From Octopus sinensis (lineage: Eukaryota): DNA of 64,000 bases. The position numbers and the translations under genes were made by a program. Shown here piece after piece: positions 12,240 to 25,113 of this stretch. Under the pieces are notes generated by a model. It made no database searches. It saw only the letters and a list, made by a program, of their open reading frames with translations, and had not been told where the DNA came from. Position 1 is the stretch's first letter. Each line of letters starts with the position of its first letter. Where the stretch lies: the NCBI RefSeq assembly GCF_006345805.1, contig NC_043019.1:29077360-29141359 (forward strand), written 5' to 3'.

Positions 12240-12934
12240 AACACCTACATACACACACGTATGTATGTATGTATGTATGTGTTCAGCCATTAGGACTTTT
12301 GAAACATTTATTATATATCGTTAATCATCAAAAAAATGTTTCCTCATTCATCATGAATCCGAATGAGATTTTAAAGCTAGGGACATTGAAAACTCAGAGT
12401 AATTCATTCAAAACTATCCAGCTGGATTTTTCCTAATCATTAGGTAGAGAAAGAAAAAGGAAGGTAAAAAGAAAGAGAGAGAGAAAGAACAGGAAGAAAG
12501 AAAGAAAGCGAGAAAGAAAGAAAGAAAGCATTTAGCTCTCTTCCAAAAGCTTAGATTCATTGATTCATATGTTGCGAGGTCAACTAGTAAAAAGGTCAGT
12601 GAAGTGAAGCTTATGATAAAATCATAGGATAATCAAAGAGAGAGTAGAGATATAGATATATAGAGGGAGGGAGAAAGAAGGAGAGAGAGAGTAAAGATAT
12701 AGGTATATAGAGGGAGGGAGAAAGAAGGAGAGAGAGAGAGAGAAGGGGGAGAGAGAAAGAGATATGAAAACAGCTGAAAAGCATTCCAGACAGCTTTCCC
12801 TAGCTAGTTCCTCTACCAACTCCCAAACCCAGATCTGGCCCAGCTCCAGCCCCACATTTTCAGCCTGACCAAAGGCAAGTGAGTCAGACTTAAAGGTGGG
12901 AGAGGGGGGGAGCAACAAGAAACAACAAAATTAG

Positions 12935-12968
<34 letters not shown>

Positions 12969-13209
12969 GAATTTTAAAAAATGTGTTTTCCCTGTTTTTG
13001 CTGGGGGAATATCCATGGAATAAAACAGAAAGAGGAAGAATGAAATATTTGGAGGGGGGGTTGTTGTTGCTGCTGCTGCTGTTTAGCCATAGGCCTATTT
13101 TGCTCAAGGAGACCTATAATTAAAGACATGCCAGACACGACCACCTTGCCTTTTAAACATCCGAAGCTGTGTACGTATAATTGCATACCGTGTGTGCACA
13201 TCTAGCTTT

Positions 13210-13760
<551 letters not shown>

Positions 13761-14633
13761 TTTTTAAGATGGTAGAGTATGGTTTGGAGGAGATTCAACC
13801 TGGTATTCCTGGCAAGTCTATTGACTGCGATGACATGATGTAGAAGCGCCTTTCCTCTCCTCGACTAGAGAGAGAGAGTTATGAAGTGTTGTTGTCTTGT
13901 AAATGTCTCAGAATAAAAGAAATCAGATTAATGAGTGGAGAGGTAAGGGCAATGAAAGAATGAAAGATGTGTAGTGTGATGGTGATGGTGGTGGTGGAAG
14001 TGCATGAAAAAAAAGTTTAAAAAATGATAAAAGTACGAATAATAAGGTGGTTGTTATTATTACAGTTTAACCCCAGGTCAGACCTATGATCAAAAGTGTT
14101 CCAGAAATTATGATTTTATGCTTTTGTTTGAGGCAACTACATTATCCAGCGAAAATGTCATTCTGTAACCCTTTTACTGTGGAAATCAGATATATCCACT
14201 CAAAATTATATTAACTTTAACTACAGAAAGTAGTTATATACCCCAATCTTATCATCTTTTGTTGAGGAATATCATGTTTGGAACATTTTTTGTTGAGATA
14301 TATCAAGTTTACTGAGGCAATGTGACTTGCAGAAAATCCCAATTCTATTTTTTGGGAGGTATTTAACATCATTACTGGAATAACCATGAAATTTAATTTC
14401 GCATTTAAAGGGCTAAGGCAGCAGACTGTGATGTGAGAGGGATTTGGTTTGAGTGACTGCATAAAAGTGCACCCCTATTAATGCAGCCGTGAGGCTTATG
14501 TTTTAATTAGGTGAATGATATAACAAGAATAGTGTATGGGTAAAGAACTGAGTTAAAGGGGAAAATATTTTAAGTGAAAAGTCAAATAAAACACACACAC
14601 GAATATACAAACAAAATACATTTTAAAAATATT

Positions 14634-14682
<49 letters not shown>

Positions 14683-14689
14683 GCGTGTG

Positions 14690-14889
14690 TGTGTTTGTGT
14701 TTGTCCTCCTAGCATTACTTGACAACCGATGCTGGTGTGTTTATGTCCCCGTCACTTAGCGGTTCGGCAAAAGAGACCGATAGAATAAGTACTGGGCTTA
14801 CAAAAGAATAAGTCTCGGGGTCGAGTTGCTCGATTAAAGGCGGTGCTCCAGCATGGCCGCAGTCAAATGACGGAAACAAGTAAAAGAGT
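14690..14889 (+). mobile_element. Family A SINE 3' half
   Basis: GACAACCGATGCTGGTGTG...GAAACAAGTAAAAGAG. Confidence 0.85.
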
Positions 14890-15648
14890 ATGTATCATCA
14901 TCATCATTTTAACATGCTCACATGAAGTAGAGAGAGAGAGAGAGTTTATTTGAGGCGTATTTTCTACAACTGGAAGCCCTTCCTGCCATCAACTGTCATC
15001 TGTTTCTAAGTAATGTAATATTTCCCTATGGTGAGATGCCTGTTCTCACAGGATGTTGGAAATGAACGACACTGCTTGTATGACAGTGACGACCATTTAC
15101 AACTTCCATGTAATGTCAAGGCAAGGAGACAGTAACACAGAAGCACACACACACACACACACATGTATAAGAGGCTTCTTCCTGTTTCCATCTACCATAA
15201 CCATTCACAAGGCTTTGGTTGGCTCAGAGATATAGTGGGATAGAACCCAGAACCATATGGTTGAGAAGCAAACTTCTTATCACACAGCCATGTATTTATA
15301 CAAACACACATGTATACACATGTGCAAGCATATGCCTATGTAAACATAGTGAAGTCAAATGGCTAAGAAGCTCAATTCACAAGCACAAGGTCCTGGGTTA
15401 GATTCCACTACCTAGTGTTTAATTCTTTTTCTAGTCTTTTTCCATCTACCATATCCATTTACTAGGCTTTGGTTGGCCCAGCGATATATGGGACAGAACC
15501 CAAAACCACATGGTTGTGTAGAAAACTTCTTATCACACAGCCATGTATTTATACAAAGACACATTTATACACATGTTCATTGGAGTTCAATCAAGCTGAA
15601 TCAACCATTTGTTTCAGTCATACTTTCTTCACTATTTATTTCATCAAT

Positions 15649-15689
<41 letters not shown>

Positions 15690-17133
15690 TGGTGAGGACA
15701 GAGAAATTAAACAGAGAATAAGTCAAATGAACAGTACATGGAAAAACACAAACAAGGACATACATCTTTTTATCAGCTGTTCATCGGAGTTCTGCGGTTT
15801 TGGTACATTAACAACAGGACCACTAGCTTCTGTATCTTTATTAATAGTTAAACTACAAGCTCATAAGCTTTGTTTCACACTTAATCATTACTGGATAATC
15901 TCTAGTTTAATACTGAGTATTGACTTATCCAATAATAGGGAAATAAGGCTACATTTCTTGCATTGAATAGTTTAATAATAACTAGTTTTTATCTGTAATA
16001 TTTTAACACACTGTTTAATTAAATACATTTGTATATACACACACATATACTTAATGGTTAATAGATACACGAGTAAAAAAAAGTACATTTGTGTTTAAAT
16101 TAATTAAAGTGCATGTTGTGGCTATGTGTACACATTAGAATATACAAGTAGGCACATAGGTAGATAGGTAGCAAAATCAACAATAATAGATAACAAATTG
16201 ATGGAGATACTGACAAAATACACAAGTAGGTAGACAGTGGACTACATAGATCAATGCAGAGTACGTGTGATGGTCAGAGAAGAGAACAGAAGACAGGTAG
16301 TCAAATTAAGAATTTAAAAACTTTATTTTGCTGATTAAGTGGGAATAACACCAAAACATATTTGTAGTTGTCTCCCATATTTATCAGAGAAATATATTTA
16401 ATATTAGTCACCGGCAAATATTGATTCCCCCGCATCCTCACTACATAACTATTTCTAATCTAACTTTACAATCAATTAATCTTATCCAAATTCACCCACC
16501 CATCCATCCACATATCTATTTGTCTGTCAGTTTCACCACCTATTTATTTCTTAGTAAGCTTTGCATTAGATATGGTAACACTAACTATCTATCTATCTAT
16601 TTGCACACATGCTCATATACTTATCCTGAGTTAGCTTTTTACTGCTCGCTAATATATTTACAGTTAATTGTAAAAGTAGCTTGCTGTAATTGATGCTACT
16701 AAAAACCAGGAAGAACTTGTAGAGTAAGAGCAAAGCCAATTCAATCAAGCACTGTAATGGACCACTAATGTAATTGACTATAAATCTTCAACTACAAAAC
16801 GCTGACTTTAACAAATTGTTGAAACAAATCAATAATCTTGTACCTTTACTTCGTAATTCTTCCAAGAATGATTTCAGTCTATGCTTTGTTGATAAGGCCA
16901 CAATAAAACTGAAACGTGACCAAAGTTGTCTCCTATTCTTGTTAAAAAATAATTCAAAATAATACTAATTATTGGACTATTACTGTTTATTACCATACTG
17001 CACAATTACTTTTAATTATCTTGATAATGCTCTCTGCATTTAATAGTGTAATATTGACTAACCTGTCTCTCAGACTTATTATGTAATCATTTCTAGTTCT
17101 TCTAGTGATGTTCAACAACATGAAATATATTAA

Positions 17134-17360
17134 CACTATCTGAATCCTAAAGGGTTCAGATAATTCTATCAAATGTAATGCTTATTTATTCACATTGTTT
17201 TGAATTAATCATGTATGATCTCATAGCTTTGAAATTTCAATGATGTGAATGCTTAATTTTAGAATGACATTGTAGGGTAGGTGTAATAGGTTGGGTGTGG
17301 CCAGTTTAAACATAATGTAGGCTTTTTGAGCTGAATATGACTGGTTTAAATGCTAGAGGG
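17134..17360. mobile_element. Family F TTAA MITE, diverged
   Basis: Internal sequence matches the other F copies; right end TGCTAGAGGG. Confidence 0.7.
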
Positions 17361-18110
17361 TCAGCAATCTATCTATCTGTGTGTGTATGTCTGTCTGTCT
17401 GTCTCTCTCTCTCTCAATCAATTGATTGTTCTATTTGTCTATATCTCAGTTTATGCTTCACTTAGGAGATCCAATAATACCGAAACACATCCACAGTTAT
17501 CACCATATTTACCAAAGGGTAAGATTTACTTTACACTATTATAGCTCCATTTAATTTTTAATCAATTGGTATTCTGAAGTCCTCTCCCTTGCCGCTCCTG
17601 ACAAATTAATGCTAATGATTTTTCTCCCTCCCTTTATACATGTAAAAATACATTTTGGCTCATAACAAAGTGAGTTGAGCATGCCCTTAACTATTTATGT
17701 GTCTGTCAATTCTGCATACAACATGTTTGTAATTGCTGCTATTAAAACCCAGAATCTATATGATAAATGCTGAGATAAGTAAATCAACCACTATAATGTA
17801 CCAGTCATATAACTGGCTATAAAATTGTCTCCTGCAAAGAAGTTGACTTTGTACATCATTCATCTTTTACTTGTTTCAGTCATTGGGCCGTGGCCATACT
17901 GGGGCATTACTTTGAAGGGTTTCGTCAAAGAAATCTACCCCTGTACATTTTTTTAAAGCCTGGTATCTTATTTTATCAGTCTCTTTACTAAGCCATTTAG
18001 TTACAGGGATGTAAAGAAACCAACACTGGCTGTGAAGTGGTGGTAGAGAATAACCCCCCCCCCCAAACACACAAAAACGTAAAGATTGTCTGATGTGGTG
18101 TATAGATTTT

Positions 18111-18247
18111 ATATATTAAGAAAACAAGGTAATCAGAATTTTGGGTAATTATCTATTTAGTGCTTTTATCTCACTTTGGAGAAATAAGATGAAAATGCTA
18201 AATAAATGATTATCCAAAATTCTGATTACTTTCTTTCTCTTAATATA
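18111..18247. repeat. ~140-bp hairpin/MITE-like inverted repeat
   Basis: TATATTAAGAAAACAAGGTAATCAGAATTTTGG... pairs with ...CCAAAATTCTGATTACTTTCTTTCTCTTAATATA. Confidence 0.8.
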
Positions 18248-18286
18248 CACACACCCACAAACACATCAGGCTTCTTTCAGTTTCTT

Positions 18287-18702
18287 ATTCCTTTATTGCC
18301 CACACAAGGGGCTAAACATAGAGGGGACAAACAAGGACAGACAAAGAGATTAAGTTGATTACATTGACTCCAGTGTGTAACTGGTACTTAATTTATCAAT
18401 CCCGAAAGGATGAAAGGCAAAGTTGACCTTGGCAGAATTTGAACTCAGAACGTAAAGGCAGACGTAATAGCTATTTCTTTACTACCCACAAGGGGCTAAA
18501 CACAGAGAGGACAAACAAGGACAGACAAACGGATTAAGTCGATTACATCGACCCCAGTGCGTAACTGGTACTTAATTTATAGACCCCGAAAGGATGAAAG
18601 GCAAAGTCGACATCGGTAGAATTTGAACTGAGAACGTAAAGGCAGTCGAAATACTGCTAATCATTTCGCCCGGCGTGCTAATGTTTCTACCAGCTTGCTG
18701 CC
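18287..18702 (-). mobile_element. Family B SINE tandem dimer
   Basis: Two consecutive B bodies; flanking direct repeat TTTCAGTTTCT. Confidence 0.85.
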
Positions 18703-20319
18703 TTGTTTCAGTTTCTGACTACCAAATCCACTCACATGGATTTTCATCAGCTTGGGGGTACAGTAGACACATGTCCAAGGTGCCACTCAGTGGTACTAAA
18801 CCCAAAACCATGTGGTTAGCAAACTTCTTACCAGACAGTCAGTTTGCACCTAAAAAGAAATCAATATTTATTCTTAGATTCTTCTATCCCGGTTTCACTA
18901 GATGTTTCATGGATGATAACTTGTGAAGAAACCATAGAATTATCTTAATGACATACATTGGATCTGCAATCAGTTCTCCAGTGAAGCAATCAGTTTATTT
19001 AATGTTTAGAACATTTAAAGATGGAAAGATACACAAAAATTTTTTTAAAAACTCCTATATAACCGTTTTTCAAAAAATACCATATCAATATTTTCTAGAG
19101 ATATTTCAGTCTTTTGTGAGTGTTTTTAAAGCACCTATTCAACGGACATTTCCCAGCGTGTAATTTAACTTAAATAAATAAAATCATATCTTAATGTGTG
19201 CTTACAAGAAGTGTAAACAATATTAATCAGCTGCAATATAGTTTACCAGTACAGTCTGTCACAGCAAAAGAACATATTTTAATGAAAAGGTAAAAGTTCG
19301 GTATAAAAATTCATTTATAGAAACTCTTAAAGCCTTTTTTCAGCAAATTCATTGAAGAGAAAAACTATAAAAGCACTTCAAAAATTTACCAACTATCAAT
19401 ATATATATATATATATTTTCTTGTAAGAAAACATATTTAAAGAAAAATTACAAATGACAACAGAGCTATATATGGTAAAATATAATGTATAAAACTGCAT
19501 AGAAAAGCAATGAAATGCAATACAGTATGGTTTTCAGAATATATTTTCTTAATTTTTAACAGCAATATTTTAAAACAATAATGTAAAAATAAAATCCCGA
19601 GGAAACTTTTTGTTATTTTACAGAATTTTGCTTTCAAAAATGTATTCTCCATTTTTGGACGAATTTCAAAGAAATGCTTTTAAAAAATAAAATTGAAAAA
19701 AATAGTGATGAAAAAATGTGTAACTATAAACAACTGAAAGCAATTACAGCTATTACACAATTGAATATAGTGTATATAGCTATTACACATTTGTATATAC
19801 TGTTATCTGTGGACAGAGATATTTGTATTGTATAGTGGTGTATGTGTGTGTGTGTATAATCAATATAGATAATCAACATGCTTGATATTGTAAAAATTTT
19901 TCAAAGATAATCAAATACATTACCCATCCTACAAAATATATGTGCAAGGGTGTGTATGTATATATATGCAGTTCCAACTGCATATGCATGTAAATTATAT
20001 ATAGAAGCTAATGTGTAATATGAAAAACTTCAAAAAGAAATAGGCTTCAAACCTATATTTCTGAGTATTCTTTAGAAGAACGCAACAGCTCTACTTCATA
20101 TGAAAACTTACTTAAAATGTTGTTCATAAACTGCTTTAGAATAGGTGATAGCAAAGAGTAGACATTTTTTTTGGGGGGGGGGGGAATGAATCCTGTATCT
20201 GTGGTAATTACAGGTGGGTGATTTTATGAATTTGTTGTTGTTGTTGTAGTTATTCTTGTTTATTCCAGGCTTGCTGCATTTTGGCCATGAGCATAATCTT
20301 CCCAGCCCCTTTGTACGTT

Positions 20320-20685
20320 ATAGGTGCAAGCATGGTTGTGTTTTGGTTAAGAAGTTTGCTTCGCAATCACACAGCATCAGGTTCAGTCCCACTTTGCAGC
20401 ACCTTTGGTCAGTGTTTTCTACCATAGCTCTAGGCTAACTAATGCTTTGTGAGTAAATTTGGTAGACAGAAACTGTGTATGTCTATGTTTGTCTGCCACA
20501 ATTCTTGACAACCAGTGTTGATTTCTTTACACCTCAATAATTAAGGGGTTCAGCAAAACGTACTGATAGAATAAGTATCAGACTTGAAAGTAAGTACTGG
20601 GGTCAATTTCTCCAACTAAACCCTTCAAGGCAATGATCCAGCATGGCCACAGTCCTATGACTGAAACAAGTAAAACAATAAAAGA
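20320..20685 (+). mobile_element. Family A SINE, diverged
   Basis: Head, core and tail motifs present. Confidence 0.75.
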
Positions 20686-20939
20686 TATCAGGAGCTATAC
20701 TGTCCAGTCTCTTTTATTTCTTAAAAGAGCAGAGTTTGATTAGGGGAGGATTTTACTGACATTTACAGCAAATCAAGCAATCAAATATAGGCTCCTTTAT
20801 AGGCTTGTCTGAGTGTTATTGCTGTTTTTGTCATTTAATCCCTGGTCTTCCCTGTTTAAACAAACCTATGATTGAAGGTATTCTTGGTTGTGACCATCAT
20901 TCTTCTTGTTGAGAACTACATTAATTAATTTTTTATATA

Positions 20940-21380
20940 GTGCCAGTGGTACTTAAAAGGCACCATTTGAGCATGATCGTTATCAGCATCGCCTTACTGG
21001 CACTTGAGTCCCGTGCTAGTAGGGTATCAAGAGCACCATCTGAGCATGATCATTGCCAGAGCGGCTATCTGGCCTCTGTGCTGGTGGCATGTAAAAGACA
21101 CCATTCTAGCGTGATCGTTACCAGCCCTACTGGCACTTGTGCCGGTGGCAGGTGTAAAAGATTTGAACAAGGTCATTGCCAGTACCGCCTGACTGGCCCC
21201 GTGCCAGTGGCACATAAAAGCACCCACTACACTCTCGGAGTGGTTGGCGTTAGGAAGGGCATCCAGCTGTAGAAACTCTGCCAGATCAAGATTGAAGCCT
21301 GGTGCAGCCATCTGGTTTGCCAGCCCTCAGTCATTCGTACAACCAATGCTAGCATGGAAAGCGGACGTTAAACAATGAAA
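20940..21380 (+). mobile_element. Family D element, long variant with internal tandem units
   Basis: Repeated GCCAGTGG/GTAAAAAGCACCAT-like units, then GTTGGCGTTAGGAAGGGCATCCAGCTGTAGAAA and the D tail. Confidence 0.85.
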
Positions 21381-21919
21381 CGAAGACTAAAATTGTCCAA
21401 TATGTCCCCCTTCCCCACTTTTCTTTAAGATTTTAGAGTAATTTGAGGGAGATTAGGCTGCTATGTCTCTCGCTATCTATCTGAAACAGCCTCTGTCAAC
21501 ATATTCAAATTTAAATCAAATTCAGATCTTGAACAGAAATCCTGTTATTGCATAAGAAAAAAACTGACTTCTACAGGTAAATATTTTTACCTTTACCTTT
21601 ATAAATTAACTGTTGTTAGAACTCTAATAATTCTTGATAACAAAAATTTTAAATATGGTCACAAAAGAGTTAAACTTTAGAAACAGACAAGTGTGAGTGT
21701 GTGTGTGTGTGTGTTGATAGTGATTTCAAATTTTGGCACAAGGCCAGCAATTTTGGCGAAGGGGGTACTCAACTAGCACTTATTTTATTGATCCCAAAAG
21801 GACGAAAGGCAAAGTGAAACTTGGTGGAATTTGAACTCAAAATGTAAAGATGGATGAAATTCTGCTAAGCATTTGTCCGACATGCTAACCTTTCTACCAG
21901 ATAGCCATGTTAATGTGTG

Positions 21920-22135
21920 TTGATATTGTAGTTAAGATTTAGCCCCAGGTCATGCTTAACTGAGCAGCCCTATGATCAAATGCATTCCAACCATTACCGT
22001 CCTATATTTTTAGGGCTATCAAGCATTACATAATACAATGTGCCCCGTCATTTTTTCTTCAAGTTGGCAGAGCACAATTTGAGGGAAATTTCGCTGCTAT
22101 TTCTAGTATATAAAAACGACCACATAGAAGCTCCT
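21920..22135. repeat. Family E ancient dispersed repeat (other copies near 1430, 13770, 14060, 20700, 27060, 33450, 37520, 39100-39460, 40000, 41200, 51040, 53000-53240, 62290)
   Basis: Recurrent motifs TTTAGCCCCAGGTCA, CCTATGATCAAAGGCATTCCAG, TTTGAGGGAGATTT..GCTATTTCTAG. Confidence 0.65.
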
Positions 22136-22854
22136 GCATCTCATATATATGTGTTTCTATCTCTGTACATCTGCATGTGTGTGCACGCATGTGTATATGT
22201 GTGTGTGCATTGTGTCTATAGAATAGAAAACAAATATTCAGGAAATTAAATGACTATTTTTCCCTCTCCCTAATCTATCATCATGACTAGATCAATGACA
22301 TGTCATTGTTTCACAAAAGGGTAATTCATTTCAAGTTAAGTAATCCATCTTCTTGATAAACAAATAAGTTGAGAACTACATTATTGTTCACATCACTGAA
22401 TGAAGTGACTAGGGAAATCATAAATACATTTGGCACATAAAGGAGTAGTGCCGGGGGAGGATGTGCAGGCATTGGTTATTAGGCTTAGGAAGTTTGCATT
22501 GCAACTATACGGTTTCCAAGTTTGATTCCCAGTGCATGGCATTTGGAGAGCATGTTGTCGGCTATCATAGCCTTGAGTAGTGTGAAATCTGGTAGATGGT
22601 AACTGCACAGAAATCTGTCATGTATGCAATGTGTGTACATGGGAACAAGCAGATGTATATATATATATGCATGCAAATATGTTTCGGGTCTCAGTCAGTT
22701 AACATTAACTATGCGTCTGTGCATGTATGTATAAGACTGAGGAAGGCTTTTTTTTTTTGCAGCAAGAGTAGCATTTGTCTGTGCATGAAAGTTTGTCATT
22801 AATGTTTATCCAAGTGAAACAGTATGGGCATGTGTATGTATAAAAGCATGAGTG

Positions 22855-22892
<38 letters not shown>

Positions 22893-23013
22893 ATATATAT
22901 ATATGTATATACATATATACAGAAACATATGCGTATAAATATTTATACGTATATATATATATATATATATGTGCGTGTGTGTATATGTATATACATATAT
23001 ACATATAAATATT

Positions 23014-23061
<48 letters not shown>

Positions 23062-23215
23062 CATACATACACAGATAGATAGGTATTTATATATATATAC
23101 ACATGTATGTATATATCATCATCATCATCGTTTAGTGTCCGCTTTCCATGCTAGCATGTATATATACATACATATAAACATACATAGATATATATACATA
23201 CATACATACATATAT

Positions 23216-23247
<32 letters not shown>

Positions 23248-24354
23248 TACTACTACTACTACTAAGAGACAATAAAAAAAAAAGAAAGAAACTTGTAAAA
23301 CTTAGACATCTAGATTCCCAGGCTGGAATATCAAATTTATTTCACCATTTTTCAAGCAGGTAATGTCAACAATGTGATTTAGTAACAACATTTGATGTAA
23401 GCAAGGCTTCAATGGGAATGCTCTATTTGGAAAAGACAGAGTGATCAAGAAGTGATAATTCACTGAACAGCAAATATAGGCATTCTCTTACAAGGGGTGA
23501 GAATATTGTAAACCAATACTGGAAGGGTTGTGGTCTGCCTGGAAGTTTATCTTTAATTCCCTCTTTACATTTGTTCATTTGCTTAATGCCCATTTTCTCC
23601 ATGCTAATATTGGAGTTATTTGAGGTAGGATTTTTATGGTTAGATGCTCTTCCTGTTGCTAACTTTTACCTGTTTTTGAAGTAAGGGATTTTTTTTTCTA
23701 TTTCAGGGGTTTGTTGAAAGCATAGTGACCAGTCGTAATGGCAACAAAGAATGTCAATACCATTACTACTTTGCTCGAGTGATGACCAGTATGGAATATC
23801 AACATTCATGTACATTTGCATGCATGGCCCCTCACACATTAAAAGTTTCTTGGATTTACATTCTACCAAATTCACTCACAAGACATTGGTCAGCTTGTGT
23901 GTGTATGTGAGAGAGAGAGAGAGAGAGAGAGAGAGGTCAACAGCTGAACCACAGCAATTGAAGACAGGACCCAGTAGAATTGGTTCACTTCTGATAGAAG
24001 TCCGAACATTTCATATGGATAATTACATTGACTATTAATGGACAACCTGTGAGATGAGGTAAATGCATGAATATACTGTCGTGTTAATTCTACCTGTGTT
24101 GCAAAGGTAATTCTTAATCATTCTCACCATCAGAAGTATAGTGAACTAGTGATTGGTCTATTAGAAACCTGTAATCTTTGACACTCATGTAACCTATGTT
24201 CACCCACATGCAGTATAAATTAAAAAGAAAAAAACAAGGAAAAGCATATGGAAAACCTAAGACCAGTTTAAATAGGTCTGAAGCGATCTAAGAACCCATA
24301 AAAGCTTTTACACTGCAATTTGTCAAAGAGAAAATATTCTTGCTTTAGAGAATA

Positions 24355-24635
24355 TGTAGGAGCACTCCGTCGGTTATGACGACGAGGGTCCCAGCTGATA
24401 CGATCAGCAGAACAGCTTGCTCGTGAAATTAAGGTGCAAGTGGTTGAGCATTCCACAGACACGTGTACCCTTAACGTAGTTCTTAGGGAGATTCAGCGTG
24501 ACACAGAGAGTGACAAGGCTGGCCCTTTGAAATACAGGTACTACTCAATTTTCGCCAGCTGAGTGAACTGGAGCAACGTGAAATAAAGTGTTTTGCTCAA
24601 GGACACAACGTGTTGCCAGGAATCGAACTCACAAT
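24355..24635 (-). mobile_element. Family C-headed SINE with an alternative 3' body
   Basis: Shares the C core (GCCAGCTGAGTG.ACTGGAGCAACGTGAAAT) but has a different, CpG-rich tail. Confidence 0.75.
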
Positions 24636-24649
24636 ATATATTATATATA

Positions 24650-24827
24650 CATAATAGATCGCTAGCCACTACACATTCTTTATTTTCTCTCCTTATTTCT
24701 TTCTGTGTTCCTTTCTGTGGAAGAGCGTAGGCTCAAAATGTTATAGACATTTTCACTACCTGAGAGTTATACTAAAACATGTTTGTTGTCTACACAACCT
24801 GTCTTCGTCTTTTGTGAATTTTCCCCA

Positions 24828-24830
<3 letters not shown>
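24650..24830 (+). mobile_element. Penelope-like terminal fragment with degenerate hammerhead-like motif
   Basis: CTTT-CTGTGGAA-GAGCGTAGGCTC-AAAATGTT; TA-flanked; second copy in reverse orientation at ~44680-44862. Confidence 0.45.
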
Positions 24831-24871
<41 letters not shown>

Positions 24872-24884
24872 ATATATATGTACA

Positions 24885-25113
24885 CAGCACTCGTGCCAAC
24901 ACAATGTGAAAGCACCTGTACTGGTGCCATGTAGAAAGCACCCAGCACACTCTATAAAGTGGTTGGTATAAGGAAGAGCAGCCAGCTGTAGAAATTAAGC
25001 TAAATCAGATTGGAACCTGAAACAGCTCTCGCACTTACCAGCTCTGGTCAAATCATCCAACCTATGTCAGCATGGAAAATGGATTTTAAAGGATGATGAT
25101 GATGATGATGATA
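24885..25113 (+). mobile_element. Family D element
   Basis: D core and (GAT)n tail. Confidence 0.75.

Larger units (their letters stand above)
17863..18840 (-). mobile_element. Family A SINE with a nested foldback element and a nested family B dimer
   Basis: A segments at ~17863-18070, 18265-18286 and 18705-18840 are colinear. Confidence 0.75.

Noticed and set aside
20940-21215. Spaced repeats superficially like a CRISPR array
   Set aside because: Internal tandem units of family D in eukaryotic DNA; no constant repeat with unique spacers and no cas genes
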